DNA of 64,000 nucleotides from the NCBI GenBank assembly GCA_963715195.1, contig CAVQRT010000007.1:256001-320000 (forward strand), read 5' to 3'. Numbering within the stretch: position 1 is the first letter of the stretch; every line of letters starts with the position of its first letter. The notes beneath the pieces are model-generated. The model was not told the origin of the DNA. It worked only from the letters and a program-made list of their open reading frames with translations, and ran no database searches. Both the position numbers and the translations under genes were made by a program. Below are positions 39,437 to 48,087 of this stretch, in pieces. Source of the stretch: Thermodesulfovibrionales bacterium. GTDB taxonomy: Bacteria > Nitrospirota > Thermodesulfovibrionia > Thermodesulfovibrionales > SM23-35.

Positions 39437-41572
39437 ATGCATATGATGCGTGCGCCCTCACCGTATCTCTTCATCCTCATGGGCACTACATCACTGCTGC
39501 TCCAGATAACCGTCCTGCGCCTCCTGCTTGCGACATTCTCGGGCAACGAACTCGATATCGGCATCACCCTCTCCTTCTGGCTTATCTATGTCGGCATTGG
39601 AAGTTATGCAGGGAAAAGGATCTCATTCAACCGCGCGTTCTGTCTTTCTTTTGTTTTCATTGCCCTTCTCACCCTGCCGACCGCTTTAGCAATAAAGACT
39701 GTCAGGGTTCTTTTATCCCTTGAACCGGGTGAAGCGGTATCCTTCGTGGACACGGTTCTGTCAACAGCACTGATACTGCTGCCCCTCTGTTTTATTATCG
39801 GGATTCAGTTCCCCCTGGCTGTTTCATATGCGGGAACCGTAAATCCTGCGGGCAGGATTTACGGTCTTGAATCTCTCGGTGCATTCTGCGGAGGCATTCT
39901 GTTCACATTCCTGATTTCATCCAGGATCAGCGCCCTCGAACTCTGCCTCGTTCTTTCCCTCATAAATATAGCAGCTGCAGTATATTTTTCCAGAAGAAAA
40001 TTGATCCTTCTGTTCATCATCGTTCCAATTTTTTTCTATGTCATTTTTCACGCCTCTGCCCCATCTTTTTTATGGAGGGGTGCGCAAGTGGTCCGTGTGG
40101 GTGAATCAAGGTTGGGCGAAATTGCGGCAATCACTATCGGCAAGCAGTCGAGTATCTATGCGAATGGACAGCTTGTATTCAGTTATCCCGATGCCCAGAC
40201 TGAGGAGATGAGCATCCATTTCCCCATGACCCTGCATCCTTCCCCGAAGGATATCCTCGTCATTGGAGGCTCACCGGGAATATTCAGGGAACTCCTGAAA
40301 TATCAGGTAGCCCGGGTTGATTTTATAGAGCTTGACCCTAAAATAATCGATTTTTCACTCGAGCTCCTGAAAAGCCCAGAAGATCTGAATGCAGTGCAGG
40401 ATTCCAGAATTCATATCATTATTCAGGATGGAAGGCGGTTCATCAAAAGTCTCAGGAACCGGACTTACGATATGCTAATCCTTAACCTCCCACAGCCGTC
40501 AACGGCAAGCATCAACAGATTCTACACCATTGAATTCTTCAGGGAGGCACGGAATGTTCTGAAGAAAGACGGCATCCTCACGATGCACATGCCCCGATCA
40601 GCGGGGTACATGGGCAAAAGCATGCAAACTGCAAGTGCTTCAATCTACAACTCTCTCCTGTCAGTCTTCCCGCATGTTGAGGTGACGTCGCAGGAATATG
40701 GACTGCTCTTTTCATCAGATACGCAAATCAATAATGATGCCGATCTTCTCAAAAGGAGATATATGGAAAGAGGCTTGCCTGTCAGATATTTTCATTCCTA
40801 CATCTTCCGGGATGCCTTTTCGCCATTCGGAGTGAATTATGTAAAACAGCGGCTAAGTGAAATAAAATCCGTCAATACGGATTTTCAGCCATCTGCATAT
40901 CTCTTCAATCTCATGCTCTGGGCTGAAATCCATGGAGGCAAGTCTCTCCATCACTTTCTGCAGATCAAAAGGTGGCAGCTGCTCGGTACCATAATAATCA
41001 TCCTGTCTTTTTTATCGCCTTTTTTGTTCCGGCATCGAAAGAGAGTTATCTCTTTTTCAATATTCACAACAGGGTTTTCCGGAATTTCCTTTCTGCTGAT
41101 TGCTATTCTTGCCTGCCAGTCGCTGCATGGGTATGTATACGAAATGATCGGGATACTGTCAGCCTTGTTTATGATTGGTCTCTGGGCAGGCACAGCGGTC
41201 TCCGGAACACTCCAAAAACCGCTTAGGACTTTATTGCTCCTCGATATGAGTTGTATCCTTCTCGCGGTTTCCTCGGTGTTTCTCTTTCAGGAATCAGGAA
41301 GCCTGTACGTGATAGTTTTTGTTGCAGGAATCCTGTGCGGCGCGCAATTCAGCGCAGCCAATCTGTCTGCCGGAGAATCAATGTCAGGGAGCAGGCTCTA
41401 TGCACTCGATCTGTTCGGATCATTCGTTGGTGCACTGATATCAACGCTGATTATTATCCCGCTTTTCGGCATCCCGACTGCACTGGTGCTCATAGCCGTG
41501 ATAAAGACCTTCTCAGCAGCGATGATATTCAACCTGCGACCCGTTCACACCAGTCGGTATTGGGCACTTTGA
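39437..41572 (+). CDS. Membrane-fused spermidine synthase-like protein
   Basis: TM blocks (FSGNEL, GRIYGLESLG, LYALDLFGS) flanking LVIGG, IELDP, DGRRF, NRFYT.EFF. Confidence 0.85.
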   Translation: MHMMRAPSPYLFILMGTTSLLLQITVLRLLLATFSGNELDIGITLSFWLIYVGIGSYAGKRISFNRAFCLSFVFIALLTLPTALAIKTVRVLLSLEPGEAVSFVDTVLSTALILLPLCFIIGIQFPLAVSYAGTVNPAGRIYGLESLGAFCGGILFTFLISSRISALELCLVLSLINIAAAVYFSRRKLILLFIIVPIFFYVIFHASAPSFLWRGAQVVRVGESRLGEIAAITIGKQSSIYANGQLVFSYPDAQTEEMSIHFPMTLHPSPKDILVIGGSPGIFRELLKYQVARVDFIELDPKIIDFSLELLKSPEDLNAVQDSRIHIIIQDGRRFIKSLRNRTYDMLILNLPQPSTASINRFYTIEFFREARNVLKKDGILTMHMPRSAGYMGKSMQTASASIYNSLLSVFPHVEVTSQEYGLLFSSDTQINNDADLLKRRYMERGLPVRYFHSYIFRDAFSPFGVNYVKQRLSEIKSVNTDFQPSAYLFNLMLWAEIHGGKSLHHFLQIKRWQLLGTIIIILSFLSPFLFRHRKRVISFSIFTTGFSGISFLLIAILACQSLHGYVYEMIGILSALFMIGLWAGTAVSGTLQKPLRTLLLLDMSCILLAVSSVFLFQESGSLYVIVFVAGILCGAQFSAANLSAGESMSGSRLYALDLFGSFVGALISTLIIIPLFGIPTALVLIAVIKTFSAAMIFNLRPVHTSRYWAL

Positions 41573-41578
41573 AGTCCT

Positions 41579-43096
41579 CTATGATTGCTGCTTCTTCCTC
41601 GCTTCAAGCTTGTTCAGCGCGTTGATGTATGCCTTGGCAGCGGCAACGATGATATCGGTATCGGCGCCGTGACCACGTGCAGTCCTGTCGTCCTCTTCCA
41701 GAGATACCGTCACCTCTCCGAGCGCATCCGTTCCTCCGGTGATTCCCTTGACCTCAAACTTGAGGAGCCTGCTCTTGGTGCCGGTCAGCGATACAATGGC
41801 CTTGTAGGTTGCATCAACAGGCCCGTCACCGTATTCAATCCTGTCGAGAATCGTTTCGCCGACTTTCAGTTTCACAGCAGCCGTTGGTTGCTGCCTGAAG
41901 CCGCTCACGATGTGAAGATCCACGAGGCTGTAAAATTCAGGCACCTTCGTGACCCCTTCTGAAACGAGAGCCTCAAGATCCTCATCGAATATGTCTTTTT
42001 TCTGATCGGCGAGTCGCTTGAACCGTTCGAACGCCGTATTCAGATCTTCGTCTTCCAGTATATAGCCGAGCTCTTTCAGTCTGGTTTTGAACGCATGCCT
42101 TCCTGAGTGCTTGCCCATAACGAGTTTCGCGGCACGCAGTCCGATACTTTCGGGCCTGATGATTTCGTAGGTCGATTTCTCCTTCAGAAGCCCGTCCTGG
42201 TGTATCCCTGACTCATGTGCAAATGCATTCGCTCCGACGATTGCCTTGTTGGGTTGCACAGAGATACCTGTTATCTTGGTCACCATCCTGCTGCTCCGCA
42301 TAATCTCTTCGGTACGAACTTTTGTATCCGCATCGAAAATGTCACGCCGCGTTCTGAGTGCCATCACAACTTCTTCCATCGAGCAGTTCCCCGCGCGCTC
42401 TCCGATACCATTCACAGTACATTCAATCTGTCCCGCGCCGTTCAGGACCGCAGACAGAGAATTGGCCGTTGCCAGTCCAAGGTCATTGTGACAGTGCACC
42501 GAGATTACCGCATTTTGGATATTGTCGACCCTGTCATGGAGAGCCTTGATCATCGGCCCGAATTCCGCAGGAATACTGTATCCGACGGTATCGGGAATAT
42601 TTACCGTTGAAGCACCCGCTTCGATCACCGCCCCGACAACTTCACATAGATATCCGATATCTGTTCTCGTCGCGTCCATCGGGGAGAACTCGACATCATC
42701 GACGAGACTCCTTGCCAGCCTTACCATTTCGACAGACCTCTTCAACGCCTCCTCCCTGCTCACACGGAACTGGTGCTTCAGGTGGATATCGGACGTTGAA
42801 TGAAAGGTGTGTATCCTCTTTTTGGGTGCGTCTTTCAGGGCTCTCCACGCACTTTTTATGTCCTCCTCGCGGGCGCGTGCGAGACTGCAGATAATCGGCC
42901 CTTCAACTTCGCCTCCGATAGTTTGTATGGCCTCAAAATCACCCGGTGAACTGAAGGCAAACCCGGCTTCGATAACATCAATACCGAGCCTGGCAAGCTG
43001 CTTCGCCAGCGCCAGCTTCTCGTGAACATTCATTGATGCACCGGGTGACTGCTCACCATCACGCAATGTCGTATCAAATATTTTTATCATTCTCAT
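41579..43096 (-). CDS. leuA: 2-isopropylmalate synthase
   Basis: FDTTLRDGEQSPG, HCHNDLG, GERAGN, HESGIHQDG, GPVDA. Confidence 0.96.
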   Translation of the reverse strand: MRMIKIFDTTLRDGEQSPGASMNVHEKLALAKQLARLGIDVIEAGFAFSSPGDFEAIQTIGGEVEGPIICSLARAREEDIKSAWRALKDAPKKRIHTFHSTSDIHLKHQFRVSREEALKRSVEMVRLARSLVDDVEFSPMDATRTDIGYLCEVVGAVIEAGASTVNIPDTVGYSIPAEFGPMIKALHDRVDNIQNAVISVHCHNDLGLATANSLSAVLNGAGQIECTVNGIGERAGNCSMEEVVMALRTRRDIFDADTKVRTEEIMRSSRMVTKITGISVQPNKAIVGANAFAHESGIHQDGLLKEKSTYEIIRPESIGLRAAKLVMGKHSGRHAFKTRLKELGYILEDEDLNTAFERFKRLADQKKDIFDEDLEALVSEGVTKVPEFYSLVDLHIVSGFRQQPTAAVKLKVGETILDRIEYGDGPVDATYKAIVSLTGTKSRLLKFEVKGITGGTDALGEVTVSLEEDDRTARGHGADTDIIVAAAKAYINALNKLEARKKQQS

Positions 43097-43824
43097 GCTG
43101 TTATTCCTTCCTTGCTCTTATGCCTTCTTCTCCTGGAAAAGAGAACAATATTTTCAATTATACCCCCGACGAGGTAAATCATGGCAAACAGAAAGAGCGA
43201 TACCGGCGGGTGCATAACAATAAGCATCAGAATAATCACAAAAGCCACAAGAATCCAGAATGGTTTCCGTCTCCGGAAATCGAGCTCTTTTGCTCCATGG
43301 AATCGCAGCGTGCTGACCATCAGAAATGCCAGAAGGATTGTCAGTCCGAGCAGGAGGATATTCTTATCCGGAAGTGTTTCCCACAATTCGTAATAAAAGA
43401 GTACAAGGGTAGCAACGATTGACGCTGCAGCCGGTATCGGCATGCCCGTGAATGCCTTGGATTCGGCAGAACCCATCTGGACATTGTACCGGGCAAGCCT
43501 GAGGGCACCGCACGCAAGAAACCAGAATGCCGCAACCCATCCCAGTCTTCCAAATGGCGTAAGCGCCCATTTATAAATCATTACGGACGGTGCAACACCG
43601 AATGCAACGAGGTCGGAGAGTGAATCGAGCTCGATTCCGAACCGGGTCGTACTGTGCGTGAGACGGGCAACCCATCCGTCAAGGCCGTCGAAGATCGTTG
43701 CGAAGAGAATCCCCCACGCTGCATGGATATAATTTCCCTTCAGCGATGCAAGGATTGAGTAAAATCCGAGAAGCATGCCGCACAGGGTGAGCGTATTTGG
43801 AAGAATATATATCCCTTTTCTCAT
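43093..43824 (-). CDS. pssA: CDP-diacylglycerol--serine O-phosphatidyltransferase
   Basis: DGLDGWVAR...G.ELDSLSD..AFGVAP, LRLARYN. Confidence 0.95.
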   Translation of the reverse strand: MRKGIYILPNTLTLCGMLLGFYSILASLKGNYIHAAWGILFATIFDGLDGWVARLTHSTTRFGIELDSLSDLVAFGVAPSVMIYKWALTPFGRLGWVAAFWFLACGALRLARYNVQMGSAESKAFTGMPIPAAASIVATLVLFYYELWETLPDKNILLLGLTILLAFLMVSTLRFHGAKELDFRRRKPFWILVAFVIILMLIVMHPPVSLFLFAMIYLVGGIIENIVLFSRRRRHKSKEGITA

Positions 43825-43906
43825 TCTGTAATTATAATAGAAAGCAGTAGTCTTTGCTCATTATTGCGTCAACTGCTTTCGGTATTCATGTCAGATGCGA
43901 TTTGAA

Positions 43907-44563
43907 TTATGCCCTGGCGGGAGGATTCACAATAGACTGATCAGTATTCGCACTATCGGTAATCCGCACAACTCTGCCATGAACCTGCAACCTGCCCTCA
44001 GAAAATAACCTGATTGCCTCAGGATAAATCTTATGCTCCATCTCAAGTATCCTTTCCGAAAGGGTCTCCTCGGTATCATGATGGTAAACCGGTACAGCAG
44101 CCTGGATAATGATCGGTCCGGTATCCACACCTTCATCCACGAAGTGTACGGTGCACCCAGATATTTTCATACCGTAATCAACGGCCTGTCTCTGTCCGTG
44201 CAATCCCGGGAATGACGGCAGGATCGCTGGGTGGATATTCATAATCCGGTTAGGGAAGGCATCGATGAGGGGTTTTCCTACGATACGCATGAATCCGGCC
44301 AAAACAACAAGCTCCGTATTCCTCTTTCGGAGCTCATCAGAAACTTTCCCATAGAATGTGTCCCTTGATCCGAATTCTGCCGGATCGAGAACAACATATT
44401 CTATGTTGTTCTTCTTTGCTCTCTCTATCGCACCTGCAAAGGGATTATCGGTTATCAGGACTGCTATCTCTGCAGAAAGGTTCCCTTGGCGGATAGCATC
44501 GATAAGTGCCTGAAAATTTGAACCTCTTCCCGAAGCAATGACACCGATTCTCAGAACTGCTAT
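43907..44563 (-). CDS. purN: Phosphoribosylglycinamide formyltransferase (apparent ATA start)
   Basis: Frame open from 44563: IAVLRIGVIASGRGSNFQA...LAGFMR...NIHPAILP.FPG...GCTVHFV..GVDTGPII; GGAGG 5 nt before ATA; ORF track only caught the C-terminal part. Confidence 0.92.
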   Translation of the reverse strand: MAVLRIGVIASGRGSNFQALIDAIRQGNLSAEIAVLITDNPFAGAIERAKKNNIEYVVLDPAEFGSRDTFYGKVSDELRKRNTELVVLAGFMRIVGKPLIDAFPNRIMNIHPAILPSFPGLHGQRQAVDYGMKISGCTVHFVDEGVDTGPIIIQAAVPVYHHDTEETLSERILEMEHKIYPEAIRLFSEGRLQVHGRVVRITDSANTDQSIVNPPARA

Positions 44564-44575
44564 CGTTTCCTCCGA

Positions 44576-45541
44576 TTATAATCTGATTTCTATCCGTGAA
44601 CGTTCCCGAAGGCCTTTGATATAGCTTCTATATTTCTCTGTAAAAGCCTCTTCCTCCAGCTGCGCACGAATACTGTTATTTTGTTCATCATTGCTTTTTG
44701 CAGAGACTCGTTCCTCAAGCTTGATGATATGAAGTCCCTTGTCAGTCCAGAAAGGCATACTGACATCTCCAACCTTCATTGAGGAAAGTGCATTGATGAA
44801 TTCCTCTGCCATATCGCTTTTTTTCAGGTAACCGAGATCGCTGCCGATTTTTGCAGATGGGTCTTCCGAATATTCCCATCCCACAGCAGTAAAATCTTCT
44901 CCTGCCTTCAGTCTCTGTACAATCATAGCCGCCTTCTCTTCAATCGCAATTCTCCCGCCCTCATCCTGTGGCTTCTTAAAATAAATTTGCCGCAGCCTGA
45001 ACTCTTCCTCTCCTGCAGGATTGTCATTGTGCGCCTTCATATAGTTCTTGACCTGCTCATCAGTAACGACAACTTTTTTTCTGATCTCATGATTCACCAA
45101 CTGACTGATAAGAATCTGATCGGAGAGTCTTTTCTTGTATTCATTGAAGCTGAGTCCTTCTTTTTTCAGGGATTCCTCAAGCGCTGCGTCAGTCATCTGG
45201 TATTTCTTTTTGATATTTTCGATAGCCTCCTTCACTTCATCCTCACGGACCTGGAGACCGAGTCTCCTGGCCTCCTGCATCTGGAGCCTCATATCGATAA
45301 GCTTGTCCAGGAACTCAGCCTCGTTGCGCCTGAAAATCTCGTTCCTCTCTTCAGCATCCAAAGACCTGACCTGATTAGATGCTTCAGATTCCATGACCGA
45401 GTAAAGCTCACTCCAGGTAATCACCTCAGCATTGACCACGGCAACAACGCGGTCGAGCAATATAGCCGCATGGAGTGTTTGTTGCGAGGCTAAAAAGGCA
45501 GATGCAGCGACAAGGAATGCTATTATACACCGTTGTATCAT
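44576..45541 (-). CDS. SurA-like peptidyl-prolyl isomerase
   Basis: LDRVVAVVNAEVIT, YSED...DLG, GLHIIKL. Confidence 0.88.
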   Translation of the reverse strand: MIQRCIIAFLVAASAFLASQQTLHAAILLDRVVAVVNAEVITWSELYSVMESEASNQVRSLDAEERNEIFRRNEAEFLDKLIDMRLQMQEARRLGLQVREDEVKEAIENIKKKYQMTDAALEESLKKEGLSFNEYKKRLSDQILISQLVNHEIRKKVVVTDEQVKNYMKAHNDNPAGEEEFRLRQIYFKKPQDEGGRIAIEEKAAMIVQRLKAGEDFTAVGWEYSEDPSAKIGSDLGYLKKSDMAEEFINALSSMKVGDVSMPFWTDKGLHIIKLEERVSAKSNDEQNNSIRAQLEEEAFTEKYRSYIKGLRERSRIEIRL

Positions 45542-45764
45542 CGAATAACTTTAATCTCTCTCCTATGCGAAAAAATGATACGGACTAATTGTATACCATA
45601 AAGAACTGCTCAAACTCAAACAGTCCTTATGCTTGTTTTTCCATAGTACTTATTCTATCATACTAAAGACCTCTCGCGAAGGCGGCTTTTAATCACGATT
45701 TTAGCCTCCTCTGTAAAATCGGTTGAAGCGTTCGTTCTCTTGAGAATACAAAAGAGATGACTTC

Positions 45765-46229
45765 ATGATGGAAGAAACCCTTCAGAAGATACTCGATGAG
45801 AATAAGGAACATGAGGGGAATATTATCACCATCCTTCAAGGTATCGAGAAAGAATTCGGCTTTATTCCTGAAGAAGCAGTAGGCTGGTTTTCGAAGAAAC
45901 TTGATATCCCTCCAAGCCGTTTTTTTGGAACAGCAACTTTCTACTCCCAGTTTCATCTGAAACCGAGAGGCAAACACATCATTGCCGTCTGCCGCGGCAC
46001 AGCATGCCATGTGAAGGGTTCTGAAAAATTGCTTAACAGACTCCTTCTCGAACTTGACATCCCCCCTGACGAAGACACAAGTCCGGATCTAAAATTCACG
46101 GTTGCAAAGGTAAATTGCATCGGCGCCTGTGGTATTGCACCGGTCACGATGCTCAATACCACTGTACTCGGTAATACCACCCTCATGAAACTCGCAAAAG
46201 AAATTAAGAACCTAAAGGCGAATGAATAG
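45765..46229 (+). CDS. NuoE/HydC-like [2Fe-2S] subunit of a formate dehydrogenase complex
   Basis: ATFYSQF, CRGTAC, CIGAC. Confidence 0.92.
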   Translation: MMEETLQKILDENKEHEGNIITILQGIEKEFGFIPEEAVGWFSKKLDIPPSRFFGTATFYSQFHLKPRGKHIIAVCRGTACHVKGSEKLLNRLLLELDIPPDEDTSPDLKFTVAKVNCIGACGIAPVTMLNTTVLGNTTLMKLAKEIKNLKANE

Positions 46230-48001
46230 GGAAATCATCATAAAAGTATGTACCGGAACGAGTGGTGTTGCTTCAGGTGGTAAGGAGGTATTAGCAACAT
46301 TCAGAAAGATCATTGCCTCTGCATGCATTGAAGCCACCATCTATGAAAGATGTTCAGCACAGCAGTCCGGCTGCAGGGGATTCTGCAAAAAAGACGTCCT
46401 TGTTGATGTGATCATCAATGGAGAAAAAACAACGTACACGCATATAAAACCTGACATGGCCACTAAAATCTTTGAAGAACACATCATGCATGGCATACCG
46501 GTTAATGATTGGGTTGCCGGCAAAGAATATGATGATTTCCACAAGAAACAGACAAAAGTAGTGCTCGCGTCCTGCGGAGAGATCGATCAGGAAGACATTC
46601 ACGCCTACCGTGCAATTGGAGGGTATGAAGCGTCTCAAAAAGCAATTCTGTCAATGACGCCTGGGGAGATAATCGCTGCCGTTAGGCAGTCCAATCTACG
46701 AGGACGCGGAGGCGGCGGTTTTCCTACAGGGCTGAAATGGGAACTCTGTTCACGTTTCACATCCGACATAAAGTATGTTATCTGCAATGGAAATGAAAGC
46801 GACCCAGGCGCTTTCATGGATACATCAATCATGGAGGGAAATCCGCATTCCGTTATTGAAGGCATGATCATCTGTGCAAAAGCCATAGGATCCCATCAAG
46901 GTTATATCTATACAAAAGCCGAATATTCTTTAACGGTGAAACGGTTACAGAAGGCCATTGAACAATGTTACGAAATCGGATTACTCGGGAAGGGTATCTT
47001 AGGCACAAAGTTCGATTTCGATTTGAGGGTGTTCCAGGGTGCGGGTGCCTTTGTCTGTGGCGAGGCTACCGCGCTGATGCGTTCGATTGAGGGGAAACGG
47101 GGCATGCCGAGCTCGAAGATGTGGCGCACTGTAGAAAAAGGATTATGGGATAAACCAACAGTCCTGAATAACGTCGAAACGTTTGCAAATATCCCAAAAA
47201 TCATTCTCAAGGGAGCACAGTGGTTCAGACATTTGGGAACTGAGAGAAGCGGGGGTACAAAAGTATTTTCTCTTTCGGGGACCGTGAAAAATACCGGCTT
47301 GATCGAAGTACCGATGGGGACCACCTTACGGGAAATTATCTTCGATATCGGTGGTGGCATCGAGGGAGGAAAAGCATTCAAAGGGGTACACATAGGAGGG
47401 CCTACAGGTGGGTGCATTCCCGCTGAACTGCTTGATACAGAAGTGGATTATGAGTCTCTTAGCGCAGGCCGGCTCGATGATGGGCTCAGGCGGGATGGTG
47501 GTTCTCGATGAGACAAACTGCATGGTCAATACCACGAAGTTCTTTGTTGAAATTACACAGGCAGAATCCTGCGGGAAGTGCACGCCCTGCAGGATTGGCA
47601 CGAAAAGGATGCTCGAAATTCTTGAAAGGATAACAGCCGGGAAAGGAAGAGAAGGCGATATAGAATTGCTTGAAGAACTCGGACGTTACATACGGGCAAC
47701 ATCATTATGCGGATTGGGCATGACTGCCCCGAATCCTGTGCTGAGTACGCTCAGATATTTCAGAGGCGAGTATGAACAACATATCAGGAACAAAAAATGC
47801 CCCGCTGCCGTGTGCAAAGATCTGATCACCTATTCGATCCTCAAGGACATCTGCACCGGTTGCGGTGCATGCAAGCGCGTTTGCCCTGCAGATGCGATAA
47901 GAGGCACCAGAAAGAAACCACACCGTATCGACGAAGAGATATGTGTCAAGTGCGGGACATGTTTTGATGCATGCAAGTTCAAAGCAATTACAAAAGCGTG
48001 A
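46222..48001 (+). pseudogene. NuoF/HydB-like flavin subunit, split by a one-base frameshift near 47460
   Basis: LRGRGGGGFPTG, GAGAFVCGE, GGPTGG..VDYESL, then AQAGSMMGSGG, ESCGKCTPCR and two ferredoxin motifs in the next frame. Confidence 0.8.
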
Positions 48002-48013
48002 AGGAAAAAGAAA

Positions 48014-48082
48014 GGATTCAAGAATTTGATTTATGAAAATAGTCATTCTTGAATCTTCAAAGCCTTGGGTCCTGGAACCCTT
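48014..48082. repeat. Degenerate inverted 8-mer array (intergenic)
   Basis: GGATTCAA GAATTTGA ... TTGAATCT TCAAAGCC TTGGGTCC TGGAACCC. Confidence 0.55.
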
Positions 48083-48087
48083 AATAT

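Noticed and set aside
45600..45760. Possible Moco/Wco or ZTP riboswitch upstream of the FDH operon
   Set aside because: I could not identify the conserved motifs or a convincing structure by eye; an Rfam scan would settle it.
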